Assembly: GCA_002478275.1 (NCBI GenBank)
Contig: DLMY01000059.1
Span: 1 to 64,000 of the forward strand
Direction: 5' to 3'
Length of the DNA: 64,000 bases
From: Actinobacteria bacterium UBA7524
GTDB taxonomy: Bacteria; Actinomycetota; Coriobacteriia; Anaerosomatales; UBA912
Below the pieces are notes generated by a model. It was given only the letters and a program-made list of their open reading frames with translations. It was not told the DNA's origin and did not search any database. Both the position numbers and the translations under genes were made by a program. This document shows, in pieces, positions 10,801 through 20,179 of the stretch. The first letter of the stretch is position 1; each line of letters opens with the position of its first letter.

Positions 10801-12056
10801 TCATGTCCCCGGCAAGGAAGACCGCGGCGATACTCACCGTCGGTACCGAACTGACAGCCGGACTGTCGCTGGACACCAACACCCGGACCATCGCCGCGAA
10901 GCTCACGACCGCAGGTTTCGACGTCCGCGAGACGACCAGCGTCCCCGATGACGCTGCACTGGCCGCCTTCGCCATGACAAGACTCGTCGAGGCGCACTCC
11001 CTCGTCGTTGTCACAGGCGGCCTCGGCCCCACCCACGACGACGTCACCCTTCAGGCGGCCGCCGACGCCTTCTCTCTCACACTCACACCCGACCCTGCGC
11101 TTCTCAAGGCCCTGGAAGGCGTCGTGTCGCTTCACAGCCACCCACGCGCCCAGGAACAGGTCCTGCACCAAGCGCTAGTCCCCGAAGGCGGCACGGTGCT
11201 GATGCCCTCGACCGGCACCGCACCGGGCCTGGTGATCACGCTTTCAGAGCACCAGGTGCTCGTTCTCCTCCCCGGGCCACCTCATGAGATGGAGCCGATG
11301 CTCCACTCCTTCCTCGCCGAGGAGACCACGGCCGTCTCGGTCGCCACCATCCGATGCACGGGGATAGGGGAGTCCGACGCGCAGTTGAGAGCGCAAGATG
11401 CGCTTGGCGACGTGAGCGGCATCGACTTCACCGTACTGTCCTCGCCGGGCGATGTGCGGGTGATCCTGCGCGACACGGGTGCGGGACAAGCGGCGCTCGA
11501 TGACGCCGCGTCTCGCGTGACCCGTGACCTGGACGAATGGTGCTACTCGACGGACGGGTCTTCGCTCGCACAGGTGGTGGTGCGACTCGCCAGGCAGCAA
11601 GGGGTCACGCTCGCCACCGCCGAATCATGCACCGGAGGTCTGGTCTCCGCAGGGATCACCTCGGTACCCGGCGCGTCCGATGTGTTTCTCGGAGGACTCG
11701 TCACATATGCGGACGAGGCCAAGACGGATCTCCTCGGCGTGCCGGCCGGCACGCTCGAGGAGTATGGCGCCGTCAGCGCGGAGACCGCGGCTGAGATGGC
11801 CCTCGGCGCCTTAGGCCGCACGGGCGCCGACCTCGCCGTGGCGGTGACCGGCATAGCCGGTCCCGGCGGGGCGACGCCGGACAAGCCCGTGGGACTCGTC
11901 TGGTTCGGTATGGCTCGGCGGTCGGGCCTGAGTGCGGACGCGGTCACCCGGCACCACCAGCTTCGAGGCGATCGGGATACGATCAGGACACGCGCGACCA
12001 TCGTCGCGCTCGACCTGCTACGCAGAGCGCTACTGGAAGAGAGGACGAACGGATGA
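10797..12056 (+). CDS. cinA: CinA-family protein (MoCF-like domain plus NMN deamidase PncC domain)
   Basis: VGTEL...DTN, TGGLGPTHDDVT, LPGPPHEM, AESCTGG, GAVS, TGIAGPGG...KPVGLV; ATGA overlap with the pgsA stop. Confidence 0.93.
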   Translation: MIMSPARKTAAILTVGTELTAGLSLDTNTRTIAAKLTTAGFDVRETTSVPDDAALAAFAMTRLVEAHSLVVVTGGLGPTHDDVTLQAAADAFSLTLTPDPALLKALEGVVSLHSHPRAQEQVLHQALVPEGGTVLMPSTGTAPGLVITLSEHQVLVLLPGPPHEMEPMLHSFLAEETTAVSVATIRCTGIGESDAQLRAQDALGDVSGIDFTVLSSPGDVRVILRDTGAGQAALDDAASRVTRDLDEWCYSTDGSSLAQVVVRLARQQGVTLATAESCTGGLVSAGITSVPGASDVFLGGLVTYADEAKTDLLGVPAGTLEEYGAVSAETAAEMALGALGRTGADLAVAVTGIAGPGGATPDKPVGLVWFGMARRSGLSADAVTRHHQLRGDRDTIRTRATIVALDLLRRALLEERTNG

Positions 12057-12631
12057 GGGTCTTCATCGGGGTCGCTTTGCCCGAGCTGATGCGTGAGGCG
12101 CTTTCGGGCGCATGCGAGCTCATCCGGGAGGACGGCAGGGGTTGGGCAGACGACAAGTGGGTGCCGCGCGAGAACCTGCACATGACCCTCAAGTTCATGG
12201 GTGACCTGCCCGACGATGCCGGCCCCGACCTCGTGTCGCACCTGGCCGGGGCCCTGCGGACCAGCTCTCCATTGACACTGCCGATGAAAGACCCCGTGTG
12301 GCCGCTGGGTGGCCTCAAGAAGGCAACGATGCTGTGGAGCACGTTCTCGGACCCGGAAGGGGCATGCGAAGCGCTCGTTTCGACGATCGAGGACGTGGCT
12401 GCGGACTTCGGTGTCGTCCCGGACTCCCGCGTCTTCAACCCTCATGTGACGCTGGTGCGCACGCGCCACCCACGCGAGCTTCACTGCAAGCAGGAGGCTG
12501 TCGAGTTCGTGCAAGGTCTCCTCGGCGCAGAGCCGTCCTTGTCAGTGCCGGATGTTACGGTCTATTCGAGCAGACTTGGCAAGAGCAGACCGTACTACAA
12601 GGTGCTGGGCTCGGCGCGGCTTGGCGATTGA
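12053..12631 (+). CDS. thpR: RNA 2',3'-cyclic phosphodiesterase (2H phosphoesterase)
   Basis: MRVFIGV, two HxT motifs (NLHMTLKF, PHVTLVR); lies between cinA and recA. Confidence 0.92.
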   Translation: MRVFIGVALPELMREALSGACELIREDGRGWADDKWVPRENLHMTLKFMGDLPDDAGPDLVSHLAGALRTSSPLTLPMKDPVWPLGGLKKATMLWSTFSDPEGACEALVSTIEDVAADFGVVPDSRVFNPHVTLVRTRHPRELHCKQEAVEFVQGLLGAEPSLSVPDVTVYSSRLGKSRPYYKVLGSARLGD

Positions 12632-12657
12632 CATCGAACACGTGTTCGTAGTATCGT
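12628..12657 (+). promoter_or_regulatory. recA promoter with a LexA (Cheo) box
   Basis: TTGACA at 12628-12633, then the palindrome CGAACACGTGTTCG (12635-12648) and a -10-like TAGTAT/TATCGT. Confidence 0.9.
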
Positions 12658-12707
12658 CCAGGCGTGCCCCGAAGGAGACCCGGCCGAGACCGAGGAGCCA
12701 GTGAAGC

Positions 12708-13757
12708 ATGGACGCGGACAAGACCAAGATCCTGGATGTCACCAAAGAGCAGATCGAGCGCAAGTTCGGCAAGGGTTCACTCATGAAGTTGGGGGAGCAC
12801 GCCGCCGTCACCAAGGTGGCAGCGATCCCTACCGGCTCTTTGGCGCTCGATGCCGCTCTGGGTATCGGGGGTGTCCCGAGAGGCCGGATCGTCGAGATCT
12901 ACGGGCCGGAGTCCAGCGGCAAGACCACATTGGCCTTGCAGGTACTCGCTGAAGCGCAGGCCGAAGGCGGGATCGCGGCGTTCATCGATGCCGAGCACGC
13001 TCTGGACCCGAAGTACGCCGCCGCACTGGGAGTGGACGTCGATGAGATCCTCATCTCCCAACCGGACACCGGCGAACAGGCCCTTGAGATCGCAGACATG
13101 CTCGTTCGCAGCGGTGCCATCGACGTGGTAGTCATCGACTCCGTCGCGGCCCTCGTGCCGCGTGCCGAGCTCGAGGGCGAGATGGGGGACGTCACGGTGG
13201 GTCTGCAGGCACGACTCATGAGCCAGGCGCTCCGCAAGCTTGCAGGATCACTGAACAAGTCCGATACGACCTGCATCTTCATAAACCAGCTACGCGAGAA
13301 GATCGGTGTGATGTTCGGCAGTCCCGAGACCACCTCCGGCGGACGCGCCCTCAAGTTCTACTCAACCGTGAGGATCGATGTGAGGCGGATCGATTCGATC
13401 AAGCAAGGTACCGAGATTGTCGGAAACCGGGTCCGCGCCAAGGTCGTCAAGAACAAGGTCGCCGCGCCCTTCCGTCAGGCCGAATTCGACCTCATGTACG
13501 GGCAGGGCATCAGCAAGGAAGGCAACCTTCTCGACCTGGGCGTGGAGGAGGGCGTGGTGGCCAAGTCAGGGGCCTGGTACACGTTCGGCGAGGAACGGCT
13601 CGGCCAGGGCAGGGAAGCAGCCAAGGACTACCTGCGTGAACACTCGGCTCTGCGCTCCACGATCGAATCACAGATACGGGAGCGCCTCGGCCTGCCCTCC
13701 ACCAATGGCAGTAGCGCGGCTGTTGCGGCCGAGCCCGCCGATGCGAAGGCAGAGTGA
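12708..13757 (+). CDS. recA: Recombinase RecA
   Basis: [45 protein letters not shown]. Confidence 0.99.
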   Translation: MDADKTKILDVTKEQIERKFGKGSLMKLGEHAAVTKVAAIPTGSLALDAALGIGGVPRGRIVEIYGPESSGKTTLALQVLAEAQAEGGIAAFIDAEHALDPKYAAALGVDVDEILISQPDTGEQALEIADMLVRSGAIDVVVIDSVAALVPRAELEGEMGDVTVGLQARLMSQALRKLAGSLNKSDTTCIFINQLREKIGVMFGSPETTSGGRALKFYSTVRIDVRRIDSIKQGTEIVGNRVRAKVVKNKVAAPFRQAEFDLMYGQGISKEGNLLDLGVEEGVVAKSGAWYTFGEERLGQGREAAKDYLREHSALRSTIESQIRERLGLPSTNGSSAAVAAEPADAKAE

Positions 13758-13793
13758 CACGCTCAGCCTGACGGAGGGGTCTGAAGGGTTCTC

Positions 13794-14438
13794 GTGATGC
13801 TTCCTGCCGCCGGGTTTCTTGACATAGATGTCCCTGAACGTACATCCCGGCTGCGCATACTGCGAATCGACGAGTGCGGGTTTCACAGGACCACCTCCAA
13901 GGCGGTCGTGTCCGCGCTCGGTCTTCGCGACGGGGACTGCGTCGAGCTGACCGCCCTATCCGCAGGACTTGACGAGTCCGAGCCTGCGGCGGCGATGCAG
14001 CGCGCCCTCCTGTTGCTGGGTTACCGCGCCCGCTCGCGTGCCGAGATGGTACAGGCGCTGGAGCTCGACGGATACCCGCAAGAGGTCGTGGAAACCATCT
14101 GCGCGCGGCTCGAAGACACCGGGCTGATCGATGACGAGCGGTTCGTGGAGGAATTCGTCCACGCCAAGATCCGCGCGTCGTGGGGTTCACGTCGAATCAT
14201 ACGGGACCTCGAGGCAGCCGGGGTTCCCGAGGACATCCTCCAGCGGTGCACTGAGGCGCTCACCTCAGACGACACTGAATACGAGCGCGCGACCGAGCTC
14301 GCTGTGAAACGGGCGTCCCGGCAGCCGGACGTCGCCAAACTGGCGGCGTTCCTCGCCAGAAGGGGATTCCCGGCACCCGTCGCATGGCGGGCTGCACGCT
14401 CGGCAACAGATGCGATCACGTCTCGGTCGCAGGAGTGA
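13794..14438 (+). CDS. recX: Regulatory protein RecX
   Basis: ALLLLGYRARSRAEM, GLIDDERF, WGSRRIIRDL, FLARRGF; directly after recA. Confidence 0.88.
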   Translation: MMLPAAGFLDIDVPERTSRLRILRIDECGFHRTTSKAVVSALGLRDGDCVELTALSAGLDESEPAAAMQRALLLLGYRARSRAEMVQALELDGYPQEVVETICARLEDTGLIDDERFVEEFVHAKIRASWGSRRIIRDLEAAGVPEDILQRCTEALTSDDTEYERATELAVKRASRQPDVAKLAAFLARRGFPAPVAWRAARSATDAITSRSQE

Positions 14439-14512
14439 TGCCACTCCGGTAACGACCTCGATCACGGGCGCTTCGACCGCACCAAAAGTGCGTCGAGCGC
14501 TGCGCTTTTTCC

Positions 14513-14542
14513 TTGACGCTCCTAGCTGGCAGGACGTACTAT
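14513..14542 (+). promoter_or_regulatory. Sigma-A-type promoter upstream of the RNA candidate and rny
   Basis: TTGACG (14513-14518), 18-nt spacer, TACTAT (14537-14542). Confidence 0.7.
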
Positions 14543-14548
14543 TAACGC

Positions 14549-14699
14549 GGCATATGTGATTCTCCGTCACGGTGCGTCAGATGCCGCGCCGGCGGTAAGC
14601 GTTAAGAAACTCATCGATGGACAGCGGACCGGGACAACCAGTCCTGGCTGCAGCGTATAACGTATCCATGCACCGAGTGACGCGCAGCTCACATCTGCC
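14549..14699 (+). ncRNA. Candidate structured RNA, 6S/Ms1-like rod with a central bubble
   Basis: Nested helices: 14549-14559/14689-14699 (10 of 11 bp), 14565-14570/14677-14682, 14571-14577/14668-14674, 14580-14584/14662-14666, apical 14629-14635/14641-14647. 5' end matches the predicted TSS; lies upstream of rny. Confidence 0.6.
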
Positions 14700-14838
14700 A
14701 GGCGGGCGTTGCTCGGTTTTCTCGTTCTTCGAGTGCTGTCGCTTCTCGTGGAGCGTTTCTCCGGCCACCGGCCGCACCACTGTCAAGTTATCAATGTGCC
14801 TTATACTGCCCACGAGATAACCCGGAAGGAGGCGCCCG

Positions 14839-16371
14839 ATGAACCCTGTCGGAGCTGCACTCATCGCTCTGGTCATCGGCGCTGCCCTCGGCTTTGCACT
14901 CAACCGTTTCATCATCAAGGGCCGCACCGCACGTGCGGCCGATGATGCGGTAAGAGTCGTCAAAGACGCCGAGAAGCAGGCTGAGACACTCAAGAAGGAA
15001 GCCTTGATCGAGGCCAAGGACCAGATCTTCCGCATGAAGCAGGAGGCGGAAGACGAGGCCAAGGAGCGCCGCAAGGAGATCACTGCCCTGGAGAACCGCC
15101 TCGCACAGCGTGAGGAGAGCATCGACCGCCGCGCGGAGTCCCTGGACAAGCGCGAGCATCAGCTGTCCTCTCAGCAGGGACAGATTGCCAAGCGCGAGAA
15201 GGACCTCGAAGAGTTGATCGAAGAAGAGCGCAACCGCCTCCAGTCGCTTGCCGGCATGACGGCCGATGAAGCCAAGGCGCATCTGATGCGGACCGTCGAG
15301 GACGAGGTGAAGCACGATGCCGCCGCGTTCATCCGTGAGACGGAAGCACGGGCCCGCGAGGAAGCCGACAAGAAGGCCCGCAACATCGTCGGCATAGCGA
15401 TCCAGCGTGTCGCAGCCGATCACACAGCTGAGTCCACGGTCTCGGTCGTCCATATCCCGAGCGACGACATGAAGGGCCGCATCATCGGTCGCGAAGGCCG
15501 CAACATCCGGGCGTTCGAACAGCTCACAGGCATCAACCTCATCATCGATGACACCCCCGAGGCAGTAATCCTTTCGAGCTTCGACCCGGTCCGGCGTGAG
15601 ATCGGACGTATCACGCTGGAAACCCTGCTTGCGGACGGAAGGATCCATCCCGCCCGTATCGAGGAGATGTTCAACAAGGCGGAAGAACAGGTCGCCCAGC
15701 AGGTCCAGGAGGCCGGCGAGCAGGCTGCGTTCGACACCGGTGTCCACGGCTTACATGCCGAACTCGTCAGGACACTCGGTCGCCTGAAATTCCGCACCTC
15801 CTACGGGCAGAACGTCCTGAAGCACTCGACCGAGGTATCGCATCTCGCCGGGGTCATGGCTGCCGAGCTTGGCGTGGACGTCACCCTCGCCAAGAGAGCC
15901 GGTCTACTCCACGACCTCGGCAAAGCGATCGACCACGACATCGAAGGTCCGCACGCGATCATCGGCGCGGACCTGGCTCGCAGGATGAACGAGCCCAAGA
16001 CCATCCTGCACTGCATCGAAGCGCACCATGGTGACGTCGAGCCTGCCACCGTCGAGGCGGTCCTCGTACAGGCCGCCGACGCCATCTCCGCCGGCAGACC
16101 CGGTGCACGCCGCGAGACCCTTGAGAGCTACATCAAGCGTCTCGAGAAGCTCGAGGCGGTCGCCCAGAGCCAGCAGGGCGTCGAGAAGTGCTACGCCATG
16201 CAGGCCGGCCGGGAGATCCGCGTCATGGTCAAGCCCGAGCAGATCAACGACGCTGACGCGGTCGTGCTTGCCCGAGACATCGCCAAGCAGATCGAAGAAG
16301 AACTCGAATACCCAGGCCAGATCAAGGTCATGGTCATACGCGAGAGCAGAGCGGTGGACTACGCGAAGTAG
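14839..16371 (+). CDS. rny: Ribonuclease Y
   Basis: N-terminal TM helix, coiled coil, KH ([14 protein letters not shown]), HD (GLLHDLGK), [15 protein letters not shown]. Confidence 0.98.
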   Translation: MNPVGAALIALVIGAALGFALNRFIIKGRTARAADDAVRVVKDAEKQAETLKKEALIEAKDQIFRMKQEAEDEAKERRKEITALENRLAQREESIDRRAESLDKREHQLSSQQGQIAKREKDLEELIEEERNRLQSLAGMTADEAKAHLMRTVEDEVKHDAAAFIRETEARAREEADKKARNIVGIAIQRVAADHTAESTVSVVHIPSDDMKGRIIGREGRNIRAFEQLTGINLIIDDTPEAVILSSFDPVRREIGRITLETLLADGRIHPARIEEMFNKAEEQVAQQVQEAGEQAAFDTGVHGLHAELVRTLGRLKFRTSYGQNVLKHSTEVSHLAGVMAAELGVDVTLAKRAGLLHDLGKAIDHDIEGPHAIIGADLARRMNEPKTILHCIEAHHGDVEPATVEAVLVQAADAISAGRPGARRETLESYIKRLEKLEAVAQSQQGVEKCYAMQAGREIRVMVKPEQINDADAVVLARDIAKQIEEELEYPGQIKVMVIRESRAVDYAK

Positions 16372-16409
16372 TCCCCCGCGTTATACTCTAGACGGCTACC
16401 AGCCATGCG

Positions 16410-16438
16410 GAACGGGTCGCCTCAAGAGCGGCCCGTTC
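16410..16438 (+). terminator. GC-rich hairpin after rny
   Basis: GAACGGGTCGC / GCGGCCCGTTC, 11-bp stem with one G-U pair; no U-tract. Confidence 0.45.
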
Positions 16439-16470
16439 GCCATGTACGCACGGACCCCGGAGCACCGAAG

Positions 16471-17553
16471 ATGTCAGGCGACAAGGAATCACTGATCGGC
16501 CTCGTATCCGCCGTTTCCGGTGAGGCCTACCTCAAGGTCGAGGAGACCTTCGGCAACGGTTACGTCAAGCTACGTATCTCCGAAGCCGAACGTCGCCAGG
16601 CCAAGCACGACATCCGCAGCGTCGAGGACATCGTCGTCGAGCTTCTCCGAAACGCTCGCGACGCCAAAGCCACCAGGATACTACTGGCCAGCAGCCGTGA
16701 AGGATCGGTCCGCACCCTGACCATGATCGACGACGGGGTAGGGATCCCGCCGCACATGCACGACCGCGTCTTCGAGCCGAGAGTCACCTCCAAGCTCGAA
16801 TCCATGGTCATGGACCGATGGGGTGTCCACGGTCGCGGGATGGCTCTCTACAGCGTCTCGGAGAACGTCCTCTCGGCTGCCGTGGCGTCCTCGGACACGC
16901 ACCGCGGCACCGCCGTGACCATCACAGCTGATTGCGAGACTCTGCCTGAGCGAACGGACCAGTCCACCTGGCCGCAGACGGAACGCGACGAGTCAGGTCT
17001 CGTCCGCGTCGCCCGCGGTCCCCGCAACATCGTTCGCCACGTTCTCGAGTTCGCCTGCGAGCACCCCGATCTTGAGGTCTACCTCGGTTCGCCGGTAGAG
17101 GTGCTGGCGACCCTGGCGGCCCTGTCGCGAGACACGATCGATACCGCCGACCTGTTGTTCGCCGATGACCTGGAGCGTCTGCCCGTCTGGCAGCGACCCG
17201 GTGCCGCAGCTGACGCTGCCGAGCTCGTCGAAGTGGCCTCCTCCATCGGTATCTCGATCTCCGAGCGGACGGCCCATCGCATCCTCGCCAACGACATGCC
17301 GCCGCTCGATACGGTTCTGCGCCTCGCACATGCCGAGGAGGACGAGCCCACTGCACCCGCGACGCCCGACATCTACCGGGACCGCAAAGGACTGAAGATC
17401 CATCACACCGACCTCACCGAGTTCAAGCGCGAGATGACCACTGCGTTCGACAAGCTCGCGGAACGCTACTACATCCATCTTCGGGGCGAACCCCGTGTCA
17501 AGATCGCCCGCAACGGCATCAGTGTGCGTTTCGACGTCGAAAAAGAGGACTGA
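16471..17553 (+). CDS. Uncharacterised GHKL-family ATPase (MutL/TopoVIB-like N-terminal domain, unknown C-terminus)
   Basis: VVELLRNARDA, IDDGVGIP, RVTSKL, GVHGRGMALYSV, GTAV; GGAG RBS before ATG 16471. Confidence 0.82.
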   Translation: MSGDKESLIGLVSAVSGEAYLKVEETFGNGYVKLRISEAERRQAKHDIRSVEDIVVELLRNARDAKATRILLASSREGSVRTLTMIDDGVGIPPHMHDRVFEPRVTSKLESMVMDRWGVHGRGMALYSVSENVLSAAVASSDTHRGTAVTITADCETLPERTDQSTWPQTERDESGLVRVARGPRNIVRHVLEFACEHPDLEVYLGSPVEVLATLAALSRDTIDTADLLFADDLERLPVWQRPGAAADAAELVEVASSIGISISERTAHRILANDMPPLDTVLRLAHAEEDEPTAPATPDIYRDRKGLKIHHTDLTEFKREMTTAFDKLAERYYIHLRGEPRVKIARNGISVRFDVEKED

Positions 17554-17672
17554 CCCTCAGCGGGATAAGCGATATACTGTATTTCTACCGCATTGAACTC
17601 TCGTACCAGCAGACATGCAGCACGCCGCAGTCACGCGGCACGACGCACAGACATATCAGTGGAGGCACTACA

Positions 17673-17945
17673 GTGGAAGTCCTCAAGGTATCCACGAAGT
17701 CCAATCCCAATTCAGTCGCCGGTGCCTTGGCCGGCATCATCAGAGAGCAAGGTGCGGTCGAGATCCAGACGGTCGGAGCGGGTGCGCTCAACCAGGCCGT
17801 CAAGGCGATCGCCATCGCCCGAGGATTCACAGCCCCTTCCGGCATCGAGCTCACCTGCGTGCCGGCTTTCGCGGACATCACCATCAACGGAGAAGAGCGG
17901 ACGGCGATCAAGCTTCTCGTCGAGCAGAAGGACCTGCGTCGCTAA
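17673..17945 (+). CDS. spoVS: SpoVS-family (Alba-like) protein
   Basis: MEVLKVSTKSNPNSVAGALA, VGAGALNQAVKAIAIARGF, PAF...GEERTAIK. Confidence 0.95.
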   Translation: MEVLKVSTKSNPNSVAGALAGIIREQGAVEIQTVGAGALNQAVKAIAIARGFTAPSGIELTCVPAFADITINGEERTAIKLLVEQKDLRR

Positions 17946-17978
17946 AGCCCGCTCATACTGGCAGGGAGGCCATCGTCC

Positions 17979-18800
17979 ATGCGGTTCGACCTCCACGTCC
18001 ACAGTACGGCCTCGGACGGTAACCTCGACCCCGCGGACCTCGTTTCGCATGCGACCGCACTCGGAATGACCGCACTCGCGATCACCGACCACGACTCGGT
18101 TGCCGCGATCCCCGAAGCACTCGCGGTCGCTCGCGACACAGACCTCACCGTGATCCCCGGCGTCGAGCTCTCCGCGAGCTGGGAAGAGCTCGACGTCCAC
18201 ATCCTCGGCTACTTCATCGACATCGATGACGCGTCCCTGCTCGCCAGGTTGACCGAACTGAGGCAGGCGAGACTGGCGCGCGCACGGCACATGGTCGAGC
18301 GCCTGCGATCCGCCGGTCTGAAAGTCAGTATCGAGGACGTCTTGTCACTTGCCGAGGGAGGCTCGGTCGGACGCTCGCACGTGGCCCGGGCACTCGTAGA
18401 ACAGGGACACGCCGAGGATACCTCTGACGCCTTCAGGCGCCTCATAGGCCGCGGAAGACCCCACTACGTCCCCAAGCCCGTCGCTGAGCCTGAGATGGTC
18501 GTGCGTACGATCGTGGAAGCCGGTGGCCTGCCCGTCCTCGCACACCCGGGGATAACGGGCGTAGACGGACTCATTCCCCAGCTTGTCAGCGTAGGCCTCA
18601 GGGGGATCGAGGCGTACCATGGAGAGCACACCCCCGAACAGTGCGGGTACTACGCATCGATCGCCGCCGAACACGGACTCCTTGTGACCGGAGGCTCTGA
18701 CTTCCACGGCGAGGGGGCCCCCGGATCGGGTATGGGCGAAGTCCAGATGCCCGACTCGGTTCTCCACGACCTGTTCGCACAAGCCGGGCGCGAACTGTGA
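17979..18800 (+). CDS. PHP-domain phosphoesterase (TrpH/YciV type)
   Basis: DLHVHSTASDG, AITDHDS, IPGVELS, VHILGY, GRSHVARAL, LAHP, TGGSDFHG. Confidence 0.9.
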   Translation: MRFDLHVHSTASDGNLDPADLVSHATALGMTALAITDHDSVAAIPEALAVARDTDLTVIPGVELSASWEELDVHILGYFIDIDDASLLARLTELRQARLARARHMVERLRSAGLKVSIEDVLSLAEGGSVGRSHVARALVEQGHAEDTSDAFRRLIGRGRPHYVPKPVAEPEMVVRTIVEAGGLPVLAHPGITGVDGLIPQLVSVGLRGIEAYHGEHTPEQCGYYASIAAEHGLLVTGGSDFHGEGAPGSGMGEVQMPDSVLHDLFAQAGREL

Positions 18801-20134
18801 AGACCTACTCCGTGCGCACCTTCGGGTGCCAGATGAACAAGCACGACGCCGAACGCATCGCCGGCCTGCTCGAATCGTGCGGGATGGCGGCTGCGCAAGA
18901 TCCCTCCTCGGCGGATGTGGTGGTCTTTCTGACCTGCTGCGTCCGGGAGAACGCCGACGAGCGACTCCGCGGCCAGGTCGCCAGCCTCAAGGCGCTCAAG
19001 ACCGCTCGACCGGGCACGCTCATCGCAGTCGGGGGATGCATCGGACAGCGCGACGGCGAGTCGCTGCTGCGCGCATTGCCCCACGTCGACATCGTCTTCG
19101 GCACCCACAACCTTGGACGCCTGCCCGTCTTACTCCAGGAAGCAGAGGGCTCCGACCTGCCCGTGGTCGAGGTCCTCGACTCGACCGACGGTTTCACGAC
19201 CGATCTGCCCAGCCGACGCGAACGTGCCTTCCACGCCTGGGTCCCGATCACCGTCGGATGCGACAACTTCTGCAGCTACTGCATCGTGCCGCACGTCCGG
19301 GGCCGCGAACGCAGCCGCCCCGCCGAGCAGATCGAAGCCGAACTCGAGCGCCTCGCTGCAGACGGCGTGCTCGAGGTCACGCTGCTCGGCCAGAACGTGA
19401 ACTCCTACGGGCGCGACCTGTACGGCGAGCCCCGCTTCGCGCGACTGCTGCGAAGCGCCGCCACCTCCGGCATCCAGCGCATCCGATTCGCCACGAGCCA
19501 CCCTAAGGACCTCTCCGACGAGACCATCAACGTCATGGCAGCCGAACCCGCCATCTGCGCCTCACTCCATCTGCCGGTCCAATCCGGCTCTGACCGCATC
19601 CTGAAGGCGATGAACCGTCACTACACCGCCGAGGAATACCTGGCGCTGGTGGAGCGCCTCTACGCCGCGATGCCCGGGCTGTCGCTTTCGACCGACATCA
19701 TCGTGGGATTCCCGACCGAGTCAGAGGCCGACTTCGAAGACACCATGACCCTCGTCGAGCAGGCCAGGTACGACCAGGCGTTCACCTTCATCTACTCTCC
19801 TCGCGAAGGCACTCCGGCCGCCGAGATGGACGGGCAGGTGCCGCGAGATGTGACGCAGGTGCGCTTCGACCGGCTCGTGCAACTCGTTCACTCCTCGGCG
19901 ACGCGCAAGAACGCCAGGCTGGTGGGAACGGTGCAGCGGGTGCTTCTCGAAGGTGGGTCGAAGCGCGATCCTCGCGTGCTCACCGGCCGGAACGAAGGCA
20001 ACAAGGTCGTACACGCGGCGGTTCCCGAAGGCACATCTCCCGGACAGTGGGCGGGCAGGATCGTCGACATCCGCATAGAGCGCGCGCAGACGTGGTTTCT
20101 GGAAGGGTCCCTGGAAGTGCCTCTCGAAGGGTAG
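18797..20134 (+). CDS. miaB: tRNA-2-methylthio-N6-dimethylallyladenosine synthase
   Basis: TFGCQMNKHDAE, CCVRENA, GCDNFCSYCIVP, LLGQNVNSYG, HLPVQSGS, FIYSPREGTPAA. Confidence 0.96.
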   Translation: MKTYSVRTFGCQMNKHDAERIAGLLESCGMAAAQDPSSADVVVFLTCCVRENADERLRGQVASLKALKTARPGTLIAVGGCIGQRDGESLLRALPHVDIVFGTHNLGRLPVLLQEAEGSDLPVVEVLDSTDGFTTDLPSRRERAFHAWVPITVGCDNFCSYCIVPHVRGRERSRPAEQIEAELERLAADGVLEVTLLGQNVNSYGRDLYGEPRFARLLRSAATSGIQRIRFATSHPKDLSDETINVMAAEPAICASLHLPVQSGSDRILKAMNRHYTAEEYLALVERLYAAMPGLSLSTDIIVGFPTESEADFEDTMTLVEQARYDQAFTFIYSPREGTPAAEMDGQVPRDVTQVRFDRLVQLVHSSATRKNARLVGTVQRVLLEGGSKRDPRVLTGRNEGNKVVHAAVPEGTSPGQWAGRIVDIRIERAQTWFLEGSLEVPLEG

Positions 20135-20179
20135 TAACCCAGTTAGGGCGACGGGTCGAGCCGCCGGGAGGTGCCGCTC

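Noticed and set aside
14577..14945. Short ORFs in the recX-rny gap (14617-14820, 14709-14945, 14577-15149)
   Set aside because: No RBS and not protein-like; the region is better explained by promoters and an RNA structure.
17673..17945. spoVS as evidence of sporulation
   Set aside because: SpoVS homologs are widespread in non-sporulating bacteria, and no other sporulation genes are present.
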